A DNA stretch of 64,000 nt, taken from assembly GCA_976226885.1 (NCBI GenBank), contig OZ320314.1, positions 81,468,001 to 81,532,000 of the forward strand, read 5' to 3'. Position numbers and translations under genes: made by a program. Within the stretch, counting starts at the first letter, position 1. Each line of letters starts with the position of its first letter. This stretch comes from Iphione sp. A-MEVVRFRX5. Lineage: Eukaryota. The notes beneath the pieces are model-generated. The model worked only from the letters and a program-made list of their open reading frames with translations, was not told where the DNA came from and did not search any database. Shown here one piece after another: positions 23,299-36,950 of the stretch.

Positions 23299-25426
23299 CT
23301 CTGACCTCTTAGACCTCTGAACTTTGGCCTTTGACAATAATTAGATGGGACTTGTGCCTCTAGCCGAGAAGGGCGGCCATAATATTAATTAGGGCTTCTC
23401 TCTCGATCAGACAATGCCAGATGATTGAACGACATCAAACCCACGGGGGAATGATACCTAATGTCCTAATTCAAATGTTAAGCTCATAAAGACATCTAAT
23501 GCAAATATTAGAAGACTTGCTGGACATTATCTTTGGTTAATCAGGTCTGAGTTGTAAATCAAAGCATGTGTATGTCTGGAATCGTTAAGAGCCCAATTAA
23601 ATCAAAGAAATGGAAAACAGTAATAGACCTGATCAATCTTTCATTTTTATTGTGACAACTGATTGATTATATTATCGTTGACTTCTACTGTAACTGCTCA
23701 TAAACAGGGGGAAGATTTTTTTGTTTGGCGTGTGGGAAGGAAACTTCAAAATGCAGCAAGTACCAACCTGTTTAGGGTGATGGAGGAGGAGGCAGATCGA
23801 TCCTCACCTTCTAGGGACTTTCATCTGAAAAAGAAAAAAAACCAGTGTTTCTGTAGTGAGATCACGTTACACTGAGGTCATACAGATCATGTATGACAGG
23901 CAGAAAGCCCCTCCCTTCCTGAGCCCTTGCGACCCCTCCGCTACCGGCCTCCCATACAGTCCCAATACATGTACATCTATACTACTCGATATTCCGTCTC
24001 CTTCACGCAGGTCACGGTCGCCATTGAGCAAAGCTAAGGGTCAAAGGTGAAGAGGTCAAACGGTGATATAGGCAAGGGCGATGATCAGGCCCGTATGTTC
24101 ACGTCCATTCCAATGATCCCATCTATTGACCAAAGCTTATTATGATATCGAGTTGCATGATTCTAAAATGGCAGCCCTTTGAATTCATATGCTGGAAAAC
24201 TTATCGGGGACATAGTAAGGGAAAAAGGACGAATGTAAAAGTCTTGCCTGCAAATCCCCCCACATCTTTTTTATGCCCACAACGATTTACAACTGCTTGT
24301 CACATCTCGTGTTTTTTCCTGGTAACTTCTAACTTTAATGATCCTATGTGATCGATGGGTGGGGTGCCCTCCCTTCTCTCTCTTTCTTTCTCCCCAGATG
24401 AACGCCTCTCCTCCTTGCTTCCTCTCCTGCAAACCCCGCCAGAGGCACGGGTGGCAAACGGTCTTTGATCACCGAATCCCGTTAGAAGAACATCGATCAG
24501 TCTCCTACCTACACACCTGAACAAAACCTACAAACATCCAACCATCGCCAGTGCACTTCTGTGCGATGACCCAGCCAAGCAGCCCACCCACCGGCGCGCT
24601 GAATGCAGTCTGCATCCCCATCATTATCTTTGCGTTGCACAGAGAGTATGCACAGAATCGGTTTGGACAACATGCTCTACTGTCTCCTTAAATTCGATGC
24701 AACTAATCAGCATTCCAAGTAAGGACGTATTAAAGGGTAATCTATGTCATCGAGCTTACAGAATATCCAAGGTCCTTCAACGTGTCCGTCCGAGGTCTGC
24801 TATGCGGATTGATCGATTAGATACTAATCTTGTAACCTTATATAATGAAGTAATATGGTGACTGAAACATCAGCCAACAACAAGTATAGTGATATCTAAT
24901 TCTGTTCTAGAGACACCAGCCATGATTTAGAATCAACGAAACCGAATAACCAAGGGAACGTAAACGTGAGCAGGGTTCACAAGACCCACAAAGTCGTTCA
25001 TTCTCGAGCGAAATGTCAACGACTGAGAGTGCTGCCTCATTATAAATGGAATTGGATGATATCTGAGGCGTGCTTCCAAACCGGTCCATCTGTCCGAGTC
25101 CGTATCTCTGTTAATTTCAATCTCCTAAATTTGCGATTAGCATAATAACTTCCAGACATGCACTTAGTAAGATATACACTCCTGTCGTCACAGTAATGGA
25201 TCAAGAGGATGTTCAGCGGAAGAATGTCGACTTGAAACGCTTTGCAGTTTCCAAGAGAAGATGTCTACCGGCTTCAAGTTGAGTAGACGCATGAAGAGGT
25301 GAACCTTTCGGAATGTTACGTTCCCACGCATTGACATTTGCAAAGCTAAGTGCATTCGGGGGAATTCACGCCGGGATAACCGACACTATGGATAACTTTC
25401 TCGGTATAAGCTTCATATTAGTTCCG

Positions 25427-25428
<2 letters not shown>

Positions 25429-25500
<72 letters not shown>
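25429..25500 (+). repeat. (GA)36 microsatellite
   Basis: Direct reading of sequence. Confidence 0.98.
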
Positions 25501-25504
<4 letters not shown>

Positions 25505-28500
25505 AGGTGGGGGTGGAGAAACTTAACTTTCTGGATTTTCACTGGATGCGCTGGAAGCCCCACCACATAGATTATGTACCACAGGTCACCTCTTCTTGGT
25601 AACATATTCACTACCTATGCAAAGGTGGGTATTTGGTTCTCACACAGACAAACGAGGCTAGTGAAGTACCTGCACATGTGTACGTGTGCACGGAAATCTC
25701 ACCGGCCGACATTTAGAGAGGCCATATGACGTCTCATTATCGTTATTATTATGTCTAACGTAGGTACTTACACTCATAACCAGACGCATTTAAATGTATG
25801 TTAATAGCATAGTTGAAAGCTTACACATGCCCCCAAAATCTTCAAAGATTGTGAGAGAAAGGCAGGCACAATGGTACATATTGAATAGCCTCCCTTGGAA
25901 CCGATATCGTTGATTTTACGTGGAAACGGTTCCTAATATTTCATCGCATATCTCCTTTATCCCCCTGATAATATATATATATATATGAGATACGTCAAGA
26001 AAAGCAGAAAGAATAAATTTGCCCTGAACCCCCCCCCGGAGAGACGCCAGCTGCAGAGGCCGTCTCAAACAAGCAAACGCCCATCGTTTTCCTGGACGAT
26101 TGACTGAATGAAAGCTCTGGCCACATAGAGGATAAAGAGGGGATAACCACGGCAAAGAATGAGAGGCTAGACTGACCAACTGGCCCGTACAACTAACACG
26201 CTCCACCGCGCAGGAACACACAGGCCAAGCAGAGCAAATAATTGCTCTGCCCGACGTCCAGGCAATCAATGTCATTTGCTCAGTTGTGCTCACTAGTATG
26301 GTCTATGTCCTATTTAAAGGGCACGAATGAGTGGGGTGTGAGCTGGAAGCCTGAAGAACAGGGAGATGGAAAAGAATTTGGAGGGAAAACAGAAAAAGGG
26401 GGCGAATAGGAGAAGGATCGATATCAAAAGGTAACTACATAGACAACAGGATGGGGTGAAATATATCAGAGGATATGTGTAGGTTAGAATGGCATAATAG
26501 TATGATACGAAAAAGGAGAGAGAGCGAAGAGAAGTAAAAAATATTGGAGGGACTGAAAGTGATGACAGCGTCCATAGGGAGACTGTCCTTGGGATAAGTC
26601 ACACATGATGCCAAACATAGCTAAATTCATTGTGAACACATCTACCATAAACCACTTGAACCGGCGATATTATCAGCTCGCAGTGAAGCAAGTCAAGTTG
26701 CCCGCGCAGAAACGCCGCGGTGACGGTACGATGGGAAATGATGGATGCTAATTATTAGGACATGATATAAATATGATAGGCACGGCCTCTGTAGATTGAT
26801 ATTCAGCTCCAAAATGTCTGCCATGGTCTACTATCACGACGCTTGGCGTCGCAAACCGGGCATACGGACTTTTCGTTGCCGGCGTAGGGGGAAATAAATC
26901 GGCCAGCCCATCGCACAGGAATTAAACGTGGTGAATCACCAGGGATAAATCATGTACACGTTTGTCTTCGGAAGTTGGCCTGGCGGACGGGATTGAATTA
27001 AGTTGGTCGTGAGATAGAGCCGCGCTGATCGAGAACATGATTGGCACTGAAGATGCTCGGAAGGAGAACGTCTTCCCTCCGTGTCGTACGCTGATCAATT
27101 TGATAGCATGCTGGAATCACCGCTGACATCGGCACCGGCATGATGCATCGCTCGATGAATATCACAGATTGCACAATACATATTTGCATTAATGCTCCGT
27201 CAGGACTAAGCAACTGCGGATTATGATTTGCTTTCAGTAGTACTGCCTCGCATCCATGATTGATCCTTTTCAATAACACCATGGAAGTAAAAATATAACG
27301 TTTATCTTTTCAGCGTACTACTTATGGCATCGTAGTCGTGTCGTGGGCACCAAACCGACTTTACCGCAGACATTACGAATACCGGTAATCAATTCAAAGG
27401 AACTTTATTGGGAATTAATAGCTGACAAATAGATGTTTAAATCGCGAAGGAAGAAACAGCACATGGCGGAATGATCTGTGTGTTTCACTGCTTGGCTTCA
27501 TTCGTATTTAGGAAGGGAAGTTGGTTAGGAGCAGCCAGACTACTTGTTAACGGTGCGAATGTTTCGTATGAAGATAGGCGTATAGAGCGCAGCTAAGAAG
27601 GCTGACGATGTGGACTACACTGAGCATCGCACTCAGCAACACGCCAGACTCTCTCAAGACTATTTACATACGTCCGCCCTACCAGCTGCCGCACTCCACC
27701 ACTGCATCAGTACAGCGCCGCCTAGCGTGAGTGGGAGGAGTCAGGGATGACGTCGTCACCTGTGTGTGTTGGCCGGTCACCAGGAATGCCTTATATTGAG
27801 GTGTTTATTTTAGCACAGTTGATGCAGTGGGCTGTTTTCAGACGAGAGAACCGGCCATATACCACTGCATGTGTATGTGAAAGCACCATGAATGCCCACT
27901 ACTACAAAGGTGCTTCGCTCTCAGACCATGTCGTTCCTGCACGATAAACTCACCCCCCTTCACTGCTGCTTAATAGGTACGCCACTGGCGCAGCGGCTAA
28001 GATCCTGACGCTATCGGTGGAGCTTAACCGACTTCATGGCTGGATTGTTCTAGACCTTGACAGCCGCACAGTTAATACGTTACAATAATATGTTTTGAAG
28101 TAAGTCATCGTCACCTGACGCCTCAGTGTCAAGCGTGGCTGCATCATCTGAAAGGGGGTCGGGCTAGGGACTGTTTCTTGTTGACCGATAATGCTTAACT
28201 GTATCATCAACCGGAAGACCTACGCCGGATTCCAGGAGTCCCAGATGCGTGCATAGGTGCTTATGTGTGTGAGAATGAACTAGACCATTTCCAAAGGGTG
28301 CGTGTGCGTGGGATGTTCTTAATGAGCGCTGTCCATGCATTTTCTGCAAAGACACATCTTGGACATATAGGACCATGCAGGGACATGGAGAAGCAGACAG
28401 AAATGAGCTAGGGATGTCTGTGAAGTTCAGTAAAATTGTGTCTGATTTGTAAAATATTAAAATTAAGCTGAATATATGTAAGCTGTGTCTTATTGTGCAT

Positions 28501-28557
28501 ATCTAGTTGAAAAGGAGCTGAATTGTCCTTTTTGTGTGCAAATACAGAGGAGACAGC

Positions 28558-28590
28558 AAGAGAGAGAGAGAGAGAAACCCAGAGAGAGCA
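28558..28590 (+). repeat. Short imperfect GA microsatellite
   Basis: Direct reading of sequence. Confidence 0.7.
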
Positions 28591-29535
28591 AGGGCAAAAT
28601 GCATACAGTAATGAAATACCGCCACGGCTAAGTACAAAGAGAGAGATGATATATGGATGCATGGATATGTGGATGCAGGGATGCACTAAAATCGCATTCA
28701 ACGAATATGGGCTTGACGGGTAAACAGAAAACTGATGCTGCATTTCAGTCTTTTGGAGAAACAAAGTAGGCAGCGCAGATAAAGTTCGGCACAACGAAAA
28801 AATATCCTTCTTAATATTGCATGTTGAACAGGAACTATTACCTTCTTCATCAAGCATTTTTAAAGTATTATGAAGGGAAGAACATCAAACGTCGTTTTGA
28901 TACAGTCAAAATTGAAAGTATGTGTAATCGGATACGCTTAAATTTCTCAATATTGAGTGGTGGAGTTTGAATGGGCTATGTGTTTACTCAACCTGTCTGA
29001 ACTATCTGGCAATCATGATCGAATATTTACATAGGCAGTGAAGAATTGCAATAAACCGTATGCGTTCATCGAAAATATCGGTGGAGGTACTCTTTCCAGA
29101 ATTATAACTCGCTCTCGTATAGTGGAGACCTGTACGCATCTCATAGAACGATTTCAATAAGAAAACTGAAACATGATGCACAAGGCCTGTTCAGAGACAT
29201 TGTAGTCCGCTTCGATGCTCAATGCGTGTATTCCTCTATGCAATTGCTCACAAAGGCGGCCCAGGAAAGGTTAACAGGTGAGAAGGGGAAAGGCTAAAAA
29301 CACAAACACACAAGGGATAAGAGGAAATAAGATTGAGCTGGGGGGTTCAAGAAATTACACTTAAGAATGGATTTAATTAACACCGTGTCGCACATAGATT
29401 GAAATAAAATGAATGCACGCTACTTTTTTTCAAAAAGACGAAATGGAAGATGATAAGGTAAACTCAAATACTGTTGGAGGCATGATTAAAGATGAAACAC
29501 GTTATATATCTCTAAAATGCTGTTTGGGTATTGTC

Positions 29536-29568
<33 letters not shown>

Positions 29569-29583
29569 GAAAGAGAGAGAAAC
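29536..29583 (+). repeat. GA microsatellite, slightly interrupted
   Basis: Direct reading of sequence. Confidence 0.95.
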
Positions 29584-32500
29584 AGAAACAGAACCTGGTA
29601 ATGATAGTGTAAAAAGAGAGGGAGAAAAAAGCACAAGGAAGAAAGAGACGTGGGCAAAGGCGGATAAAAACAGACGGTGAACTGAAGAGTAGCGCCGTAT
29701 GTGCATGTATAGATTAGTACTGTAGATTAGAGTAGATTAGCTATTGATTGTCCAGCACAGCCCACCTCCGCCTCTACACGATTCTACTACTCAGATGTCT
29801 GCCTGCTTTGTCTGGACCCTCGGATCGAGCACCAAAACAGAGGTAACTCACCTTCCCCCTTCAGTCTTCCTACTTCTCTCTGTGTCTGTTCGGAGCGTTC
29901 TCTTCCACTATGCAGGCTCTGTTTAGTGACAGGCAACATCCCCAGTTCACATACCCAGCTCACCTCACGCTTCATGTCATACAAATTCATGTAATTGAGA
30001 CACAAAGGGCACCGCAAATCAAGGGCAGGGGCTGCCTCTTTCAGGGGCAAGGCAGGCATCTCAAAGGGACCGCGTAATGGGCTTTTAGCTGAGGGCGTAA
30101 TGACCACCCTCTTTCAGTTTTGGATAAATATGGACTGTTCCTCGGCGAGTCTCTTTCTTTACGGGCGCAAAGCTGTGTGAAGTTCGGGACATAGGGCGAC
30201 GGATCTTGCATTTCCCAGACCATCGAGTGCGCTCTTCTCGCTGGGCCTACTTCCTTCTGAATGAATCTCGACTTTAAAGCGTTGAGAGATTCACTCCCTA
30301 GATGCTAGCAGTGACAGGGAGCATTTTATCACCATGCTTCCAACAGAAAAAAGAACCCATCGCATACAGACAAACTGACGGATCTGTCGAGTTGGCACGC
30401 ACACCGACGATTCTTCCGACTTAAATAGGGACGATACGTCGACTGAAATTAAAAAGGATTAATATGCGATTATTCACATTGTAACGAGCCCGAGGCAAAG
30501 AGAGCCTTCCTAGTTCTCCTATATCCTGTCCTCGCCGCAGCCATTGGACTGCACTGTGCCCATCTCGTGACTAGAATAATGCATGAGCGGAGGATTTTAA
30601 AGACGACTAAAAAGGACGCAGCCGGACATAGCGACAAATGTTCTACCTTGAAGACGCGGCTCCGGTTGTAAGCTATTCGAAGCTTAGGCGGCGCGTACTG
30701 CACGTTTAGCAAAGGTCCTGGCGAAGCACGAAAACATCTGCCGTGATAAGCCTCTCGGGGATTTAGTTCCAAGTTGAAGCTTATGCACTTCGTTAAAGAC
30801 TTCGAAGCCGGTTTACAGCATCGAGCGAGAACAAGAACATAAATAAAAGCAGCTGTGATGACGCTGCTAATCCATCCGAACTAAAGTCGATAAGCGTTAC
30901 ATTCGTATCAATCTCACTGCGTTTGCTCAGAATATAACTCCAACATATTGCAAATGATGATGCGCTTTTGCATACCTTCAGTAGAAACAGTGGCAACATA
31001 TCGGTGCATCTGACAAAAGGAACACATCTACAGTATAGTACGTATGACCAAAAACCTGTGGGCATCGAGTAAACAGGAACTTATCTAGTATCCTAACGGC
31101 CATCATTCATTATACTGAGTAGACTACGACAAGCTCCCAACCTGTGATTAGAACACAATGATGTCACCCTGTTGGTACGCAGGTGAGATTTAGCCGCCGT
31201 CCCAAGCAGAGCTCCGATTGCCAGGTGTGAGACAAGCTACAAATGAACCCCCTGTGTTGGTCGATAATTACGGTGGGAGCAGTTTCTTTGTAAGCCGTTC
31301 TAGGTGGTCAATGAACGTACATATCTGTCCCGTGCAAGGTGCCAGATTATAGTCTTGAACCGAAACTCAGCCGTAAGTGTTTACCCTAAATTACCGCAGA
31401 TTACCATCTTGCTGACAAAGCGTCTGAAAAGCCACCATGCAAACGAGCCCGGGGTGTCTCTGGGAAATACACATAAGATGCGTCTATTGTGGCAGCTATC
31501 ATCATGCGACTATAATCACAAGTTGACCTCTGTTTAGCAAGTAGCCCCTTTACTCACCCGACAACTGGTGAACCGGAAAAAAAATCTCCAAGCTTCCCAC
31601 AATTCTTCCCGAGGTCATGGAGGCCAACCATTGTCGAAAAGCGCGACTCATTGATAACTCTCGCGAGAGAAAGCGCATCGGTGCAAGCACATGCTCATGA
31701 CACACTTTAAGGGTGGTGGGTGGTTGGGCAAGGGGGATAGGGCCGATATGGCGTGCACTATTGGAATCTCATATAAACAAGAATACACCCGTATCGTGGA
31801 AAGTCATTAATAATCAGCACAGCGGTCAGTATTACTTGTGTATATCAGCATGCAGCCATGTAATAACAATCGATATGTATCGTATGTGGATGCACATAGA
31901 TCTCTATATACCGGGAGGCGATCAGCCGTCTCATTACTAGGGTGTGGTGGAGGTAACGCGACATGCTCCCAGAGCTCCAGTGTCTCCGGCCGACGTTGTG
32001 GAGAGAAGCCAATACCTTGACGAGCGCTCGAAATTGGAGAAGCCCCAATATCCTTATGTGAACAGACACCCAATCGGCCAAACGGTCTAATAACTAAGAT
32101 CCCTCCGGATCTGCAGTCGTACCAATGATGAACATTGTTATCTCTGACATTTTCGCTTCTCCCCTTGGACGAAATGTGATACAGTGGCATATTGGTGTAA
32201 CCTTTCCCAGCAGTTTCAGGTTTGCATATACAAAGCCCTTACTTACAATCAAGAGCAAAAATTCACCTTAATATGTTGACCAACTTCAAAGTGGTGTATT
32301 TTGTGTCATCCGACTGAGCAAACTGCAGTTGTTGTGAAGAGGGTCACATACATACTGGACACTCTGGAGCCCGTGCCGCCTTCCTTTCCTTGTGTATAGA
32401 TGTCCTCTCTTTAACGGTGAAGCATTGGGATTCAGAGAAAAGGCCGTCCCACATTTCCTTATTGTAGATCTACATGACAGATATACAATAACACGTCTTC

Positions 32501-32621
32501 TATCACTGGGTATCTGACCAGCCACTGTTGTATTAAGCACGCTTTGTGGGTGGTCCTTCCAGGTGGTTCTGGGGTAGCATCCTAACCGCTATTGTTGGGG
32601 ACAAAATGTTCGAATACCCAG

Positions 32622-32661
32622 GTATTCCCCACTACATGTATTCCCCACTACATGTATTCCC
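32622..32661. repeat. Tandem repeat, 2.5 x 16 bp
   Basis: GTATTCCCCACTACAT twice plus GTATTCCC. Confidence 0.95.
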
Positions 32662-33164
32662 TTTGAATTTGTGTAGGATGCAGTTTTCTTTGTCACAGGG
32701 ATAGGATCTTATATACAAATGTATGTATATATTCATACATATTACATATGGAGTATTTTGGTTGCGGTTGGAAATGGGAAATCATCCTGGAGCCAGTTAT
32801 GTCGGCAAACTAAGGCTTAATTTTTATGCATGGCGTGTTGGCAGTGTGCTTTTTATCAAACATTGTTAGCACCAGGAGTATCCGCAAGTATCGTGTACTG
32901 TGTAGCACATTGCATTTCATGCGTTTTCATATTGAGAGGAGTTCCAATAACGCACTGTGAACGTCCCATGGTGCTAAAACATGCTACACATGAACATGCA
33001 CACAGTGTATGATACTTCAGGGGTGGATACTCTTGATGCCTGTAATGCTTGCAGGGTGGGCAGGAATCTGTAATACACGATATACCAGATGCAAGCATTT
33101 TAACTGCACCACTGCCATATAATCAAAATGATCTTACCTCAATAAGCAGGACCATACCTGTTTT

Positions 33165-33232
33165 GTGTCTGTATTAGGATTTGAACCCAATACGTTTGGA
33201 TCAGCGGACCAGCGATTTTGTCTATCGCCTCG
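33165..33232 (-). mobile_element. Degenerate tRNA-like head, possible SINE relic
   Basis: B-box GGTTCAAATCC (33187-33177) preceded by GCTGGTCCGCTGATCCAAA, which resembles a tRNA-Ser(GCT) anticodon arm; no clean A-box or acceptor stem. Confidence 0.35.
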
Positions 33233-34617
33233 TGCGTAATGATAAAATCAATGATATAATTGCAGTCGTCCCTCGCTGAATAGGAAAGGCATGGGGGAGC
33301 TTCCTAGCCCGTTTTCTAAAAATACAGCAGTACAGCAGTTTATATATTACATGGCCGGTACAAGAAGGCGGAAGAGGGTTACTTAAATAAGGAGAGCGGA
33401 GTAGTTAGGGCGGAGAGGCTCCCGAGCGTAATACGTTTAAAATATCAGGTCCGACCAATAATGTTGCTGGCGTAAAAAGAACGCGAGCCGGAACTTTGGT
33501 GTAGTGATCGAGTAAGCTTCTACCTTGTCTGATGGGGTCAGATGTAGGTGCGATGGACAGCGCTGACATCAGTCCATCTTGTTAAGGTTGGATCCTGTAC
33601 TGATTCAGCGTAGAAAACGCGGAGAAATGCGTCGGGTGCCAGCGCCAGGAAACGTCGCCGAGGATGGGATGAGCTGCTTCTGTGATCATTGTTCAAGAAG
33701 CGTTTCAACAAGGCTCTCAGTTGTCTCAATCTTTCTGCAGATGGCGAAGATCAAAGGAGCCACGTGACAAGGGCCGCATATCACGTGCTGCTCACCTGTC
33801 ACGTGATTATCGGACAGGGGGAATGTGAGCCACTATCAAGTGCATAAGTTTTGTTTTTTTAAGTTGTTGTTGCCGAGGGGGGACGTTGTTCTAATGAGTG
33901 ATGCCAGGCGAGATTGAAGCATCAGACAACTCCATTACATCATAAAATAATAATCCTTGGCTGCCACTCGACAATGTCAAGGCGAATATATATCGAGAGG
34001 TAATGAAAACAAACCAGCTGTGCGTGTTCACCAAAGGAGAGACCGTTACCTACCGGTGTGCGTTCATTATCTAAGACGAAGATACTTGTAGGTGGTATTA
34101 CAAAGAATGGCAATATGCAGACTAATGTATATTTTACATGGCACATGGGTAACTAGGCGACAGGGAATCATTAATGATAGAATCGATGGCTGAGCGTGGC
34201 CAGTTCCGGGGATAATCAAGCGCCAATATGTGAGGAAGACGCCTTCCGCCATTTGCGGAAGTATCCCGTTTGAAGGAAATCTTGTCTAGCTGGTAATCGC
34301 TCAAGGGTGAGGGTCCACTATCTTCAGGAATACCATGAAATTTGTTATGATTTCTAATATATTTATTATATTCAACTTTAATACACTTGCGCATGAATGA
34401 AGTCAGAATCTTTGTTTTGCGTGAATGAACATATTTTTTTTGTCCAGTACATTGGCTGGATTCGTTTTACCCTTCAGAAGAAGATCCATGCCTGATTCAT
34501 AGCAGGGCAGACATTTACAAAGCGTTTTCTTCACACACTACTAAATAAGTGTCGATAAGAAAGAGGAGATCGGGAAATACAAATAAATTAAAGACGTCGA
34601 ACTCCTTGTACTATTCT

Positions 34618-35146
34618 GTTCACATATATCCGTTTTAAAATGGATACAGACCCGTAGACGTTTTCTTATCCATCACCGATGGATTTTTATGGAGGGTTGT
34701 CCGTTTTCCCATAGAGTTCTATAGTGAAAGAAACATCTATTGTGCATATAGAAGCCTTGAAGAACAACTCAGCATGAGTTGTTTCACGGCTCTGGACCCG
34801 TACACGTTTTATTTCTATGGATAATGTGTACACGGCCTTGGGCCGTGTACACATGTATCTGTAGAAATAAAACGTGTACGGGTCCAGAGCCATGAAATAC
34901 CTCGTGCAGTGTTTGTTCAAGACCCTCCCATATGTATCCCACATGTATCTTTAACACCATATCCTATGGAAAATGGATGAGTATCCGTAGAAAAAAAACC
35001 CATCCCAGACGGTTCCTGAATACGGATATCTGTCCGTATCCGTTTTGATACAGACGCATGTAAACACCTCAATGTAATGCCAATGGACAGGGAAAAAACG
35101 TCTACGGATCCGTACATGTTTTGAAGAAATACAGATACATGTGAAC
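34618..35146. mobile_element. Fold-back / MITE-like palindromic element (~530 bp)
   Basis: Perfect 30 bp inverted repeat 34788-34817 / 34862-34891, a near-perfect inner stem closing on a 3 nt loop (34838-34840), and degenerate inverted similarity out to GTTCACAT...ATGTGAAC with CCGTAGACGTTTT / AAAACGTCTACGG subterminal matches; no coding capacity. Confidence 0.8.
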
Positions 35147-35429
35147 ACCACCTAACACCCTGGAGGAAGTGGGAACTCAGTTCTTTGAAGGGAGAGAAAC
35201 ACAAGGATCTGATCCACCCACACCTGCGGAAGGTGTGAAGGAGGGGGTGGTTACACGAATCCGCGGTTTTATACCATGAATTGTCTGGTTTATACTGTAA
35301 ACGGGCTGGTATATATCAGAGCCCTCCCTGTGAACACCTTGAAATACCCTGAGATCACACGTCCTAGGGTCGCATACATTGTCCAAGGTGTGACCACAGG
35401 TGTAACCATGACCACAGAAGTGGGCAGAA

Positions 35430-35600
35430 AAAGGTAAAATTCACGCAAATGAGGATGAAAAAGCCCAGAAATTCATGCAGATTTGGTTAAAGAAAACAAC
35501 AGCAAAACTCATAGAAATTTGACTAAAGAACTATGAATATCATGCAAATTCAGCCTCAAACAGCAAAACTAAGGCAAATTTCACCATTTGCCTAAGGAAT
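35430..35600. repeat. Degenerate AT-rich dispersed repeat family, copy 2
   Basis: Repeated GAAATTCATGCAAAT...AACAGCAAAA-like units, similar to the reverse complement of 11437-11474. Confidence 0.5.
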
Positions 35601-36049
35601 AAAGATTACAGAGACTAGAGTGTAGAGAGATGGAAAGAAGGGACATCCATCACTGGGAGTCACTCAGCTACTGGCGACAGCCCCTACTGCAGGCAGAACG
35701 AGGTCAGTCCCTGACGTCCGCAATAGAGGGGTTCCACTGTATATGGGCTGATGTGGTCGATTATAAAGCCTAATGTTACGATATAATCATATTGTTCAAA
35801 AGGGAGGAGGTAGCTTTCGACGCTTGTATCCTGACAGAGCCTTTGCTTTCCGCATAAAAAAGAACCATTCTCACTTACATCACTATTCCTATTCAGAGAG
35901 ACAAACGTCAATAAACATCCGTCCGGTATTGGCGTGCGTACCAGACTCCAAAGCCTGCCTCACATAGGTGGCCATTTCGACATATCCTGCTCACTTTGAA
36001 GACGCCTGACTTCACCCTTGTTCCTTACCTTCACCAGTTCACTCGCCTA

Positions 36050-36950
36050 CCTTGCGCAGTAATTCCAAGAAATAATAAGAAATCAATAAAATGTTGTTTT
36101 TCTTCTAGTATAATGTTGTGTTCGCTGTGTAAACCAAATCAAGTCTTACAACAAAATATCCATAATGTTTTGTTCAAAATTATCTTTAGTCAAGGAAACA
36201 ATTTTTAGAATACGTTTATGAGATGAATTCTTTGTACAACAGACTGGCAGCAAGAGTTGTGGTATGATTATTCCAGAAATATCATATATAATTGTGTAGG
36301 CTTTTTGTCAGATATTTCGCTTTAACATAATTTGAATCTAAATGGTTGTACTGTTCTACTATACACATCCATTTTTCTATAATTTCCAGATTCGAATGGT
36401 GGTAGCGTTAGATTTATGGCATTTTGTCCTCTTTTTAATGCATTATCTTAAAGAGGGAGTAGTTTTAGTTTAGAATTTTTTGTCTGGTTGGAACACCTCT
36501 TGTATATCGGAATAAATCTCTGCATATACTGTTTTGACATATCTGTAATTTTTGACATTTCATTATCTTCCTACATACTAAATTACATGTACATCAAAAT
36601 ACTCGTATAATGCTTCCGATTTTCTATATAGATTTTCTATATAGAACTTTATATAGAACTGTATCTTTATTTTTGTCAAGGATTCAAATAGATGTACTAT
36701 AAGATAAATTTTGTTAAATTCAAAGGCCTTAATATATTATTGATTTGCGACTTTTTTCATTGGCTACAGTAATGGTAGTTGTCACATTCTTTCAGTTGTT
36801 CTTACCAAAAATATATATATATATTTATAGACAATATAGGACCTAGGACTGAGCCCTGTGGTACTCCAAATGTAACAGATTGTTTGCTATAGCATATAAC
36901 CAACGCATTAGTACATATACATCTCTTTACTAATCTCCTAATACTGTTGC
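36050..36950 (-). mobile_element. Heavily decayed non-LTR retrotransposon (LINE) RT fragment
   Basis: Minus strand encodes SKQSVTFGVPQGSVLGPIL (GVPQGSVLGP at 36867-36838), a hallmark LINE RT motif; a possible HYTR remnant near 36110; boundaries approximate. Confidence 0.7.

Noticed and set aside
30340-30514. Possible Helitron/HINE-like end (GAGCCCGAGG...CCTTCCTAGT)
   Set aside because: No proper terminal hairpin and no identifiable 5' end.
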